From Tubulanus polymorphus (Eukaryota; Animalia; Nemertea): a DNA stretch of 64,000 nucleotides. The first letter of the stretch is position 1. Each line of letters starts with the position of its first letter. Below the pieces are notes generated by a model. It made no database searches. It saw nothing but the letters and a program-made list of their open reading frames with translations, and was not told the origin of the DNA. The stretch spans positions 39,400 through 103,399 of the forward strand of contig NW_027437452.1 in the NCBI RefSeq assembly GCF_964204645.1. The letters are read 5' to 3'. Below are positions 1 through 13,600 of this stretch, one piece after another. The position numbers and the translations under genes are program-made.

Positions 1-1620
1 TCATTTTTTCGATACGGGGAAAACTTGATGAGAAAACGTCTTTCCTCGTGCTGAACGACGTTTACGGGTCGAAATGTGCTTTTCTCGTCGATTTGAGCGC
101 TTTTGCGTATCGGCATTTTCATTTTTTCGATACGGGGAAAACTTGATGAGAAAACGTCTTTTCTCGCGCTGAACGACGTTTCTGGGTCGAAATGTGCTTT
201 TCCCGTCGATTTGAGCGCTTTTGCGCATCGATATTTTTCATTTTTTCGATATGGGGAAGATCTGATGAGAAAACGTCTTTTCTCGCGCTTATCGACGTTT
301 TCGGGTCGAATTTTCCGTCGATTTGAGCGCTTTTGCGCATCGACAATTTCATTTTTTCGATACGGAAAAAACTTGGTGAGAAAACGTCTTTTCTCGCGCT
401 GAACGACGTTTTCGGGTCGAAATGTATCGAAATGTGCTTTTCCGTTCGATTTGAGCGCTTTTGCGTATCGACATTTTCATTTTTTCGATACGGGGAAAAC
501 TTGATGAGAAAACGTCTTTTCTCGCGCTGAACGACGTTTTTGGGTCGAAATGTGTCGAAATGTGCTTTTTCCGTCGATTTGAGCGCTTTTGCGCATCGAC
601 AATTTCATTTTTTCGATACGGGGAAAACTTGATGAGAAAACGTCTTTTCTCGCGCTGAACGACGTTTCTGGGTCGAAATGTGCTTTTCCCGTCGATTTGA
701 GCGCTTTTGCGCATCGACAATTTCATTTTTTCGATACGGAGAAAACTTGATGAGAAAACGTCTTTTCTCGCGCTGAACGACGTTTGCGGGTCGAAATGTA
801 TCGAAATGTGCTTTTCCGTTCGATTTGAGCGCTTTTGCGTATCGACATTTTCATGTTTTCGATACGGGGAAAACTTGATGAGAAAACGTCTTTTCTCGCG
901 CTGAACGACGTTTTCGGTTCGAAATGTGCTTTTCCCGTCGATTTGAGCGCTTTTGCGTATCGACATTTTCATTTTTTCGATACTGGGAAAACTTGATGAG
1001 AAAACGTCTTTTTACGCGCATAACGACGTTTCTGGGTCGAAATGTGCTTTTCTCGTAGATTTGAGCGCTTTTGCGCATCGACAATTTCATTTTTTCGATA
1101 CGGGGAAAACTTGATAAGAAAACGTCTTTTCTAGCGCTGAACGACGTTTTCGGGTCGAAATGTATCGAAATGTGCTTTTCCCGTCGATTTGAGCGCTTTT
1201 GCGTATCGACATTTTCATTTTTTCGATACTGGGAAAACTTGATGAGAAAACGTCTTTTCTCGCGCTGAACGACGTTTTTGGTTCGAAATGTGCTTTTCCC
1301 GTCGATGTGAGCGCTTTTGCGCATCGACATTTTCATTTTTTCGATACGTGGAAAACTCGATGAGAAAACGTCTTTTCTCGCGCTGAACGACGTTTTTGGG
1401 TCGAAATGTGCTTTTCCCGTCGATTTGAGCGCTTTTGCGCATCGACAATTTCATTTTTTCGATACGGGGAAAACTTGATGAGAAAACGTCTTTTCTCGCG
1501 CTGAACGACGTTTCTGGGTCGAAATGTGCTTTTCCCGTCGATTTGAGCGCTTTTGCGCATCGACAATTTCATTTTTTCGATATGGGGAAGATCTGATGAG
1601 AAAACGTCTTTTCTCGCGCT
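1..1620. repeat. Diverged subfamily of the 118-bp satellite (about 13-14 monomers, some 128 bp, one ~108 bp)
   Basis: Same backbone as the main array (GAAAACGTCTTTTCTCGCGCTGAACGACGTTT, GATTTGAGCGCTTTT) but with diagnostic variants (TTCATTTTTTCGATACGGGGAAAACTTGATGAG, CGAAATGTG, CCGTCGAT). Several monomers carry a 10-bp CGAAATGTAT duplication, and monomers differ more from each other than in the main array. Confidence 0.9.
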
Positions 1621-4600
1621 GAACGACGTTTTCGGGTCGAAAAGTGCTTTTCCTGACGATTTGAGCGCTTTTACGCATCGACATTGTCGTTTTTCCGATA
1701 GGGGGAATATTTGATACGAAAACGTATTTTCTCGCGCTGTACGACGTTTTCGCGTCGAAAAGTGCTTTTCCTGACGATTTGAGCGCTTTTACGCATCGAC
1801 ATTGTCGTTTTCCCGATAGGGGGAATATTTGATACGAAAACGTCTTTTCTCGCGCTGAACGACGTTTTCGGGTCGAAAAGTGCTTTTCCTGACGATTTGA
1901 GCGCTTTTACGCATCGACATTGTCGTTTTTCCGATAGGGGGAATATTTGATACGAAAACGTATTTTCTCGCGCTGTACGACGTTTTCGCGTCGAAAAGTG
2001 CTTTTCCTGACGATTTGAGCGCTTTTACGCATCGACATTGTCGTTTTCCCGATAGGGGGAATATTTGATACGAAAACGTCTTTTCTCGCGCTGAACGACG
2101 TTTTCGGGTCGAAAAGTGCTTTTCCTGACGATTTGAGCGCTTTTACGCATCGACATTGTCGTTTTTCCGATAGGGGGAATATTTGATACGAAAACGTCTT
2201 TTCTCGCGCTGAACGACGTTTTCGGGTCGAAAAGTGCTTTTCCTGACGATTTGAGCGCTTTTACGCATCGACATTGTCGTTTTTTCGATAGGGGGAATAT
2301 TTGATACGAAAACGTCTTTTCTTGCGCTGAACGACGTTTTCGGGTCGAAAAGTGCTTTTCCTGACGATTTGAGCGCTTTTACGCATCGACATTGTCGTTT
2401 TTCCGATAGGGGGAATATTTGATACGAAAACGTATTTTCTCGCGCTGTACGAAGTTTTCGCGTCGAAAAGTGCTTTTCCTGACGATTTGAGCGCTTTTAC
2501 GCATCGACATTGTCGTTTTTCCGATCGGGGGAATATTTGATACGAAAACGTCTTTTCTCGCGCTGTACGACGTTTTCGCGTCGAAAAGTGTTTTTCCTGA
2601 CGATTTGAGCGCTTTTACGCATCGACATTGTCGTTTTTTCGTTAGGGGGAATATTTGATACGAAAACGTCTTTTCTCGCGCTGAACGACGTTTTCGGGTC
2701 GAAAAGTGCTCTTCCTGACGATTTGAGCGCTTTTACGCATCGACATTGTCGTTTTTCCGATAGGGGGAATATTTGATACGAAAACGTATTTTCTCGCGCT
2801 GTACGACGTTTTCGCGTCGAAAAGTGCTTTTCCTGACGATTTGAGCGCTTTTACGCATCGACATTGTCGAATTCCCGATAGGGGGAATATTTGATACGAA
2901 AACGTCTTTTCTCGCGCTGAACGACGTTTTCGGGTCGAAAAGTGCTTTTCCTGACGATTTGAGCGCTTTTACGCATCGACATTGTCGTTTTTCCGATAGG
3001 GGGAATATTTGATACGAAAACGTCTTTTCTCGCGCTGTACGACGTTTTCGCGTCGAAAAGTGTTTTTCCTGACGATTTGAGCGCTTTTACGCATCGACAT
3101 TGTCGTTTTTTCGTTAGGGGGAATATTTGATACGAAAACGTCTTTTCTCGCGCTGAACGACGTTTTCGGGTCGAAAAGTGCTCTTCCTGACGATTTGAGC
3201 GCTTTTACGCATCGACATTGTCGTTTTTCCGATAGGGGGAATATTTGATACGAAAACGTATTTTCTCGCGCTGTACGAAGTTTTCGCGTCGAAAAGTGCT
3301 TTTCCTGACGATTTGAGCGCTTTTACGCATCGACATTGTCGTTTTTCCGATCGGGGGAATATTTGATACGAAAACGTCTTTTCTCGCGCTGTACGACGTT
3401 TTCGCGTCGAAAAGTGTTTTTCCTGACGATTTGAGCGCTTTTACGCATCGACATTGTCGTTTTTTCGTTAGGGGGAATATTTGATACGAAAACGTCTTTT
3501 CTCGCGCTGAACGACGTTTTCGGGTCGAAAAGTGCTCTTCCTGACGATTTGAGCGCTTTTACGCATCGACATTGTCGTTTTTCCGATAGGGGGAATATTT
3601 GATACGAAAACGTATTTTCTCGCGCTGTACGACGTTTTCGCGTCGAAAAGTGCTTTTCCTGACGATTTGAGCGCTTTTACGCATCGACATTGTCGAATTC
3701 CCGATAGGGGGAATATTTGATACGAAAACGTCTTTTCTCGCGCTGAACGACGTTTTCGGGTCGAAAAGTGCTTTTCCTGACGATTTGAGCGCTTTTACGC
3801 ATCGACATTGTCGTTTTTCCGATAGGGGGAATATTTGATACGAAAACGTATTTTCTCGCGCTGTACGACGTTTTCGCGTCGAAAAGTGCTTTTCCTGACG
3901 ATTTGAGCGCTTTTACGCATCGACATTGTCGTTTTCCCGATAGGGGGAATATTTGATACGAAAACGTCTTTTCTCGCGCTGAACGACGTTTTCGGGTCGA
4001 AAAGTGCTTTTCCTGACGATTTGAGCGCTTTTACGCATCGACATTGTCGTTTTTCCGATAGGGGGAATATTTGATACGAAAACGTCTTTTCTCGCGCTGA
4101 ACGACGTTTTCGGGTCGAAAAGTGCTTTTCCTGACGATTTGAGCGCTTTTACGCATCGACATTGTCGTTTTTTCGATAGGGGGAATATTTGATACGAAAA
4201 CGTCTTTTCTCGCGCTGAACGACGTTTTCGGGTCGAAAAGTGCTTTTCCTGACGATTTGAGCGCTTTTACGCATCGACATTGTCGTTTTTTCGATAGGGG
4301 GAATATTTGATACGAAAACGTCTTTTCTCGCGCTGAACGACGTTTTCGCGTCGAAAAGTGCTTTTCCTGACGATTTGAGCGCTTTTACGCATCGACATTG
4401 TCGTTTTTCCGATAGGGGGAATATTTGATACGAAAACGTATTTTCTCGCGCTGTACGACGTTTTCGCGTCGAAAAGTGCTTTTCCTGACGATTTGAGCGC
4501 TTTTACGCATCGACATTGTCGTTTTTCCGATCGGGGGAATATTTGATACGAAAACGTCTTTTCTCGCGCTGAACGACGTTTTCGGGTCGAAAAGTGCTTT

Positions 4601-7600
4601 TCCTGACGATTTGAGCGCTTTTACGCATCGACATTGTCGTTTTCCCGATAGGGGGAATATTTGATACGAAAACGTCTTTTCTCGCGCTGAACGACGTTTT
4701 CGGGTCGAAAAGTGCTTTTCCTGACGATTTGAGCGCTTTTACGCATCGACATTGTCGTTTTTCCGATAGGGGGAATATTTGATACGAAAACGTCTTTTCT
4801 CGCGGTGAACGACGTTTTCGGGTCGAAAAGTGCTTTTCCTGACGATTTGAGCGCTTTTACGCATCGACATTGTCGTTTTTTCGATAGGGGGAATATTTGA
4901 TACGAAAACGTCTTTTCTCGCGCTGAACGACGTTTTCGGGTCGAAAAGTGCTTTTCCTGACGATTTGAGCGCTTTTACGCATCGACATTGTCGTTTTTCC
5001 GATAGGGGGAATATTTGATACGAAAACGTATTTTCTCGCGCTGTACGACGTTTTCGCGTCGAAAAGTGCTTTTCCTGACGATTTGAGCGCTTTTACGCAT
5101 CGACATTGTCGTTTTTCCGATCGGGGGAATATTTGATACGAAAACGTCTTTTCTCGCGCTGTACGACGTTTTCGCGTCGAAAAGTGTTTTTCCTGACGAT
5201 TTGAGCGCTTTTACGCATCGACATTGTCGTTTTCCCGATAGGGGGAATATTTGATACGAAAACGTCTTTTCTCGCGCTGAACGACGTTTTCGGGTCGAAA
5301 AGTGCTTTTCCTGACGATTTGAGCGCTTTTACGCATCGACATTGTCGTTTTTCCGATAGGGGGAATATTTGATACGAAAACGTCTTTTCTCGCGCTGAAC
5401 GACGTTTTTGGGTCGAAAAGTGTTTTTCCTGACGATTTGAGCGCTTTTACGCATCGACATTGTCGTTTTTTCGTTAGGGGGAATATTTGATACGAAAACG
5501 TCTTTTCTCGCGCTGAACGACGTTTTCGGGTCGAAAAGTGCTCTTCCTGACGATTTGAGCGCTTTTACGCATCGACATTGTCGTTTTTCCGATAGGGGGA
5601 ATATTTGATACGAAAACGTATTTTCTCGCGCTGTACGACGTTTTCGCGTCGAAAAGTGCTTTTCCTGACGATTTGAGCGCTTTTACGCATCGACATTGTC
5701 GAATTCCCGATAGGGGGAATATTTGATACGAAAACGTCTTTTCTCGCGCTGAACGACGTTTTCGGGTCGAAAAGTGCTTTTCCTGACGATTTGAGCGCTT
5801 TTACGCATCGACATTGTCGTTTTTCCGATAGGGGGAATATTTGATACGAAAACGTATTTTCTCGCGCTGTACGACGTTTTCGCGTCGAAAAGTGCTTTTC
5901 CTGACGATTTGAGCGCTTTTACGCATCGACATTGTCGTTTTCCCGATAGGGGGAATATTTGATACGAAAACGTCTTTTCTCGCGCTGAACGACGTTTTCG
6001 GGTCGAAAAGTGCTTTTCCTGACGATTTGAGCGCTTTTACGCATCGACATTGTCGTTTTTCCGATAGGGGGAATATTTGATACGAAAACGTCTTTTCTCG
6101 CGCTGAACGACGTTTTCGGGTCGAAAAGTGCTTTTCCTGACGATTTGAGCGCTTTTACGCATCGACATTGTCGTTTTTTCGATAGGGGGAATATTTGATA
6201 CGAAAACGTCTTTTCTCGCGCTGAACGACGTTTTCGGGTCGAAAAGTGCTTTTCCTGACGATTTGAGCGCTTTTACGCATCGACATTGTCGTTTTTTCGA
6301 TAGGGGGAATATTTGATACGAAAACGTCTTTTCTCGCGCTGAACGACGTTTTCGCGTCGAAAAGTGCTTTTCCTGACGATTTGAGCGCTTTTACGCATCG
6401 ACATTGTCGTTTTTCCGATAGGGGGAATATTTGATACGAAAACGTATTTTCTCGCGCTGTACGACGTTTTCGGGTCGAAAAGTGCTTTTCCTGACGATTT
6501 GAGCGCTTTTACGCATCGACATTGTCGTTTTTTCGATAGGGGGAATATTTGATACGAAAACGTCTTTTCTCGCGCTGAACGACGTTTTCGCGTCGAAAAG
6601 TGCTTTTCCTGACGATTTGAGCGCTTTTACGCATCGACATTGTCGTTTTTCCGATAGGGGGAATATTTGATACGAAAACGTATTTTCTCGCGCTGTACGA
6701 CGTTTTCGCGTCGAAAAGTGCTTTTCCTGACGATTTGAGCGCTTTTACGCATCGACATTGTCGTTTTTCCGATCGGGGGAATATTTGATACGAAAACGTC
6801 TTTTCTCGCGCTGAACGACGTTTTCGGGTCGAAAAGTGCTTTTCCTGACGATTTGAGCGCTTTTACGCATCGACATTGTCGTTTTCCCGATAGGGGGAAT
6901 ATTTGATACGAAAACGTCTTTTCTCGCGCTGAACGACGTTTTCGGGTCGAAAAGTGCTTTTCCTGACGATTTGAGCGCTTTTACGCATCGACATTGTCGT
7001 TTTTCCGATAGGGGGAATATTTGATACGAAAACGTCTTTTCTCGCGGTGAACGACGTTTTCGGGTCGAAAAGTGCTTTTCCTGACGATTTGAGCGCTTTT
7101 ACGCATCGACATTGTCGTTTTTTCGATAGGGGGAATATTTGATACGAAAACGTCTTTTCTCGCGCTGAACGACGTTTTCGGGTCGAAAAGTGCTTTTCCT
7201 GACGATTTGAGCGCTTTTACGCATCGACATTGTCGTTTTTCCGATAGGGGGAATATTTGATACGAAAACGTATTTTCTCGCGCTGTACGACGTTTTCGCG
7301 TCGAAAAGTGCTTTTCCTGACGATTTGAGCGCTTTTACGCATCGACATTGTCGTTTTTCCGATCGGGGGAATATTTGATACGAAAACGTCTTTTCTCGCG
7401 CTGTACGACGTTTTCGCGTCGAAAAGTGTTTTTCCTGACGATTTGAGCGCTTTTACGCATCGACATTGTCGTTTTCCCGATAGGGGGAATATTTGATACG
7501 AAAACGTCTTTTCTCGCGCTGAACGACGTTTTCGGGTCGAAAAGTGCTTTTCCTGACGATTTGAGCGCTTTTACGCATCGACATTGTCGTTTTTCCGATA

Positions 7601-10600
7601 GGGGGAATATTTGATACGAAAACGTCTTTTCTCACGCTGAACGACGTTTTTGGGTCGAAAAGTGTTTTTCCTGACGATTTGAGCGCTTTTACGCATCGAC
7701 ATTGTCGTTTTTTCGTTAGGGGGAATATTTGATACGAAAACGTCTTTTCTCGCGCTGAACGACGTTTTCGGGTCGAAAAGTGCTCTTCCTGACGATTTGA
7801 GCGCTTTTACGCATCGACATTGTCGTTTTTCCGATAGGGGGAATATTTGATACGAAAACGTATTTTCTCGCGCTGTACGACGTTTTCGCGTCGAAAAGTG
7901 CTTTTCCTGACGATTTGAGCGCTTTTACGCATCGACATTGTCGAATTCCCGATAGGGGGAATATTTGATACGAAAACGTCTTTTCTCGCGCTGAACGACG
8001 TTTTCGGGTCGAAAAGTGCTTTTCCTGACGATTTGAGCGCTTTTACGCATCGACATTGTCGTTTTTCCGATAGGGGGAATATTTGATACGAAAACGTATT
8101 TTCTCGCGCTGTACGACGTTTTCGCGTCGAAAAGTGCTTTTCCTGACGATTTGAGCGCTTTTACGCATCGACATTGTCGTTTTCCCGATAGGGGGAATAT
8201 TTGATACGAAAACGTCTTTTCTCGCGCTGAACGACGTTTTCGGGTCGAAAAGTGCTTTTCCTGACGATTTGAGCGCTTTTACGCATCGACATTGTCGTTT
8301 TTCCGATAGGGGGAATATTTGATACGAAAACGTCTTTTCTCGCGCTGAACGACGTTTTCGGGTCGAAAAGTGCTTTTCCTGACGATTTGAGCGCTTTTAC
8401 GCATCGACATTGTCGTTTTTTCGATAGGGGGAATATTTGATACGAAAACGTCTTTTCTCGCGCTGAACGACGTTTTCGGGTCGAAAAGTGCTTTTCCTGA
8501 CGATTTGAGCGCTTTTACGCATCGACATTGTCGTTTTTTCGATAGGGGGAATATTTGATACGAAAACGTCTTTTCTCGCGCTGAACGACGTTTTCGCGTC
8601 GAAAAGTGCTTTTCCTGACGATTTGAGCGCTTTTACGCATCGACATTGTCGTTTTTCCGATAGGGGGAATATTTGATACGAAAACGTATTTTCTCGCGCT
8701 GTACGACGTTTTCGCGTCGAAAAGTGCTTTTCCTGACGATTTGAGCGCTTTTACGCATCGACATTGTCGTTTTTCCGATCGGGGGAATATTTGATACGAA
8801 AACGTCTTTTCTCGCGCTGAACGACGTTTTCGGGTCGAAAAGTGCTTTTCCTGACGATTTGAGCGCTTTTACGCATCGACATTGTCGTTTTCCCGATAGG
8901 GGGAATATTTGATACGAAAACGTCTTTTCTCGCGCTGAACGACGTTTTCGGGTCGAAAAGTGCTTTTCCTGACGATTTGAGCGCTTTTACGCATCGACAT
9001 TGTCGTTTTTCCGATAGGGGGAATATTTGATACGAAAACGTCTTTTCTCGCGGTGAACGACGTTTTCGGGTCGAAAAGTGCTTTTCCTGACGATTTGAGC
9101 GCTTTTACGCATCGACATTGTCGTTTTTTCGATAGGGGGAATATTTGATACGAAAACGTCTTTTCTCGCGCTGAACGACGTTTTCGGGTCGAAAAGTGCT
9201 TTTCCTGACGATTTGAGCGCTTTTACGCATCGACATTGTCGTTTTTCCGATAGGGGGAATATTTGATACGAAAACGTATTTTCTCGCGCTGTACGACGTT
9301 TTCGCGTCGAAAAGTGCTTTTCCTGACGATTTGAGCGCTTTTACGCATCGACATTGTCGTTTTTCCGATCGGGGGAATATTTGATACGAAAACGTCTTTT
9401 CTCGCGCTGTACGACGTTTTCGCGTCGAAAAGTGTTTTTCCTGACGATTTGAGCGCTTTTACGCATCGACATTGTCGTTTTCCCGATAGGGGGAATATTT
9501 GATACGAAAACGTCTTTTCTCGCGCTGAACGACGTTTTCGGGTCGAAAAGTGCTTTTCCTGACGATTTGAGCGCTTTTACGCACATTGTCGTTTTCCCGA
9601 TAGGGGGAATATTTGATACGAAAACGTCTTTTCTCGCGCTGAACGACGTTTTCGGGTCGAAAAGTGCTTTTCCTGACGATTTGAGCGCTTTTACGCATCG
9701 ACATTGTCGTTTTTTCCGATAGGGGGAATATTTGATACGAAAACGTCTTTTCTCGCGCTGAACGACGTTTTCGGGTCGAAAAGTGCTTTTCCTGACGATT
9801 TGAGCGCTTTTACGCATCGACATTGTCGTTTTTTCGATAGGGGGAATATTTGATACGAAAACGTCTTTTCTCGCGCTGAACGACGTTTTCGGGTCGAAAA
9901 GTGCTTTTCCTGACGATTTGAGCGCTTTTACGCATCGACATTGTCGTTTTTTCCGATAGGGGGAATATTTGATACGAAAACGTCTTTTCTCGCGCTGAAC
10001 GACGTTTTCGGGTCGAAAATTGCTTTTCCTGACGATTTGAGCGCTTTTACGCATCGACATTGTCGTTTTCCCGATAGGGGGAATATTTGATACGAAAACG
10101 TCTTTTCTCGCGCTGAACGACGTTTTCGGGTCGAAAAGTGCTTTTCCTGACGATTTGAGCGCTTTTACGCATCGACATTGTCGTTTTTTCGATAGGGGGA
10201 ATATGTGATACGAAAACGTCTTTTCTCGCGCTGAACGACGTTTTCGCGTCGAAAAGTGCTTTTCCTGACGATTTGAGCGCTTTTACGCATCGACATTGTC
10301 GTTTTTCCGATCGGGGGAATATTTGATACGAAAACGTCTTTTCTCGCGCTGTACGACGTTTTTGCGTCGAAAAGTGCTTTTCCTGACGATTTGAGCGCTT
10401 TTACGCATCGACATTGTCGTTTTCCCGATAGGGGGAATATTTGATACGAAAACGTCTTTTCTCGCGCTGAACGACGTTTTCGGTCCGAAAAGTGCTTTTC
10501 CTGACGATTTGAGCGCTTTTACGCATCGACATTGTCGTTTTCCCGATAGGGGGAATATTTGATACGAAAACGTCTTTTCTCGCGCTGAACGACGTTTTTG

Positions 10601-13600
10601 GGTCGAAAAGTGCTTTTCCTGACGATTTGAGCGCTTTTACGCATCGACATTGTCGTTTTTTCGATAGGGGGAATATTTGATACGAAAACGTCTTTTCTCG
10701 CGCTGAACGACGTTTTCGGGTCGAAAAGTGCTTTTCCTGACGATTTGAGCGCTTTTACGCATCGACATTGTCGTTTTTCCGATAGGGGGAATATTTGATA
10801 CGAAAACGTCTTTTCTCGCGCTGAACGACGTTTTCGGGTCGAAAAGTGCTTTTCCTGACGATTTGAGCGCTTTTACGCATCGACATTGTCGTTTTCCCGA
10901 TAGGGGGAATATTTGATACGAAAACGTCTTTTCTCGCGCTGAACGACGTTTTCGGGTCGAAAAGTGCTTTTTCCTGACGATTTGAGCGCTTTTACGCATC
11001 GACATTGTCGTTTTTTCGATAGGGGGAATATTTGATACGAAAACGTCTTTTCTCGCGCTGAACGACGTTTTCGCGTCGAAAAGTGCTTTTCCTGACGATT
11101 TGAGCGCTTTTACGCATCGACATTGTCGTTTTTCCGATAGGGGGAATATTTGATACGAAAACGTCTTTTCTCGCGCTGTACGACGTTTTTGCGTCGAAAA
11201 GTGCTTTTCCTGACGATTTGAGCGCTTTTACGCATCGACATTGTCGTTTTCCGGATAGGGGGAATATTTGATACGAAAACGTCTTTTCTCGCGCTGAACG
11301 ACGTTTTCGGTCCGAAAAGTGCTTTTCCTGACGATTTGAGCGCTTTTACGCATCGACATTGTCGTTTTCCCGATAGGGGGAATATTTGATACGAAAACGT
11401 CTTTTCTCGCGCTGAACGACGTTTTTGGGTCGAAAAGTGCTTTTCCTGACGATTTGAGCGCTTTTACGCATCGACATTGTCGTTTTTTCGATAGGGGGAA
11501 TATTTGATACGAAAACGTCTTTTCTCGCGCTGAACGACGTTTTCGCGTCGAAAAGTGCTTTTCCTGACGATTTGAGCGCTTTTACGCATCGACATTGTCG
11601 TTTTTCCGATAGGGGGAATATTTGATACGAAAACGTCTTTTCTCGCGCTGTACGACGTTTTTGCGTCGAAAAGTGCTTTTCCTGACGATTTGAGCGCTTT
11701 TACGCATCGACATTGTCGTTTTCCCGATAGGGGGAATATTTGATACGAAAACGTCTTTTCTCGCGCTGAACGACGTTTACGGGTCGAAAAGTGCTTTTCC
11801 TGACGATTTGAGCGCTTTTACGCATCGACATTGTCGTTTTTCCGATAGGGGGAATATTTGATACGAAAACGTCTTTTCTCGCGCTGTACGACGTTATTGC
11901 GTCGAAAAGTGCTTTTCCTGACGATTTGAGCGCTTTTACGCATCGACATTGTCGTTTTCTGGATAGGGGGAATATTTGATACGAAAACGTCTTTTCTCGC
12001 GCTGAACGACGTTTTCGGTCCGAAAAGTGCTTTTCCTGACGATTTGAGCGCTTTTACGCATCGACATTGTCGTTTTCCCGATAGGGGGAATATTTGATAC
12101 GAAAACGTCTTTTCTCGCGCTGAACGACGTTTTTGCGTCGAAAAGTGCTTTTCCTGACGATTTGAGCGCTTTTACGCATCGACATTGTCGTTTTCCCGAT
12201 AGGGGGAATATTTGATACGAAAACGTCTTTTCTCGCGCTGAACGACGTTTAAGGGTCGAAAAGTGCTTTTCCTGACGATTTGAGCGCTTTTACGCATCGA
12301 CATTGTCGTTTTTCCGATAGGGGGAATATTTGATACGAAAACGTCTCTTCTCGCGCTGAACGACGTTTTCGGGTCGAAAAGTGCTTTTCCTGACGATTTG
12401 AGCGCTTTTACGCATCGACATTGTCATTTTTTCGATAGGGGGAATATTTGATACGAAAACGTCTTTTCTCGCGCTGAACGACGTTTTCGCGTCGAAAAGT
12501 GCTTTACCTGACGATTTGAGCGCTTTTACGCATCGACATTGTCGTTTTTCCGATAGGGGGAATATTTGATACGAAAACGTCTTTTCTCGCGCTGTACGAC
12601 GTTTTTGCGTCGAAAAGTGCTTTTCCTGACGATTTGAGCGCTTTTACGCATCGACATTGTCGTTTTCTCGATAGGGGGAATATTTGATACGAAAACTTCT
12701 TTTCTCGCGCTGAACGACGTTTTCGGGTCGAAAAGTGCTTTTCCTGACGATTTGAGCGCTTTTACGCATCGACATTGTCGTTTTTCCGATAGGGGGAATA
12801 TTTGATACGAAAACGTCTTTTCTCGCGCTGAACGACGTTTTCGGGTCGAAAAGTGCTTTTCCTGACGATTTGAGCGCTTTTACGCATCGACATTGTCGTT
12901 TTCCCGATAGGGTGAATATTTGATACGAAAACGTCTTTTCTCGCGCTGAACGACGTTTTCGGGTCGAAAAGTGCTTTTCCTGACGATTTGAGCGCTTTTA
13001 CGCATCGACATTGTCGTTTTTTCGATAGGGGGAATATTTGATACGAAAACGTCTTTTCTCGCGCTGAACGACGTTTTCGCGTCGAAAAGTGCTTTTCCTG
13101 ACGATTTGAGCGCTTTTACGCATCGACATTGTCGTTTTTCCGATAGGGGGAATATTTGATACGAAAACGTCTTTTCTCGCGCTGTACGACGTTTTTGCGT
13201 CGAAAAGTGCTTTTCCTGACGATTTGAGCGCTTTTACGCATCGACATTGTCGTTTTCCGGATAGGGGGAATATTTGATACGAAAACGTCTTTTCTCGCGC
13301 TGAACGACGTTTTCGGTCCGAAAAGTGCTTTTCCTGACCATTTGAGCGCTTTTACGCATCGACATTGTCGTTTTCCCGATAGGGGGAATATTTGATACGA
13401 AAACGTCTTTTCTCGCGCTGAACGACGTTTTCGGGTCGAAAAGTGCTTTTCCTGACGATTTGAGCGCTTTTACGCATCGACATTGTCGTTTTTCCGATAG
13501 GGGGAATATTTGATACGAAAACGTCTTTTCTCGCGCTGAACGACGTTTTCGGGTCGAAAAGTGCTTTTCCTGACGATTTGAGCGCTTTTACGCATCGACA

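Noticed and set aside
1621-1740. CENP-B box in the satellite monomer
   Set aside because: No match to TTCGNNNNANNCGGG found on either strand of the consensus.
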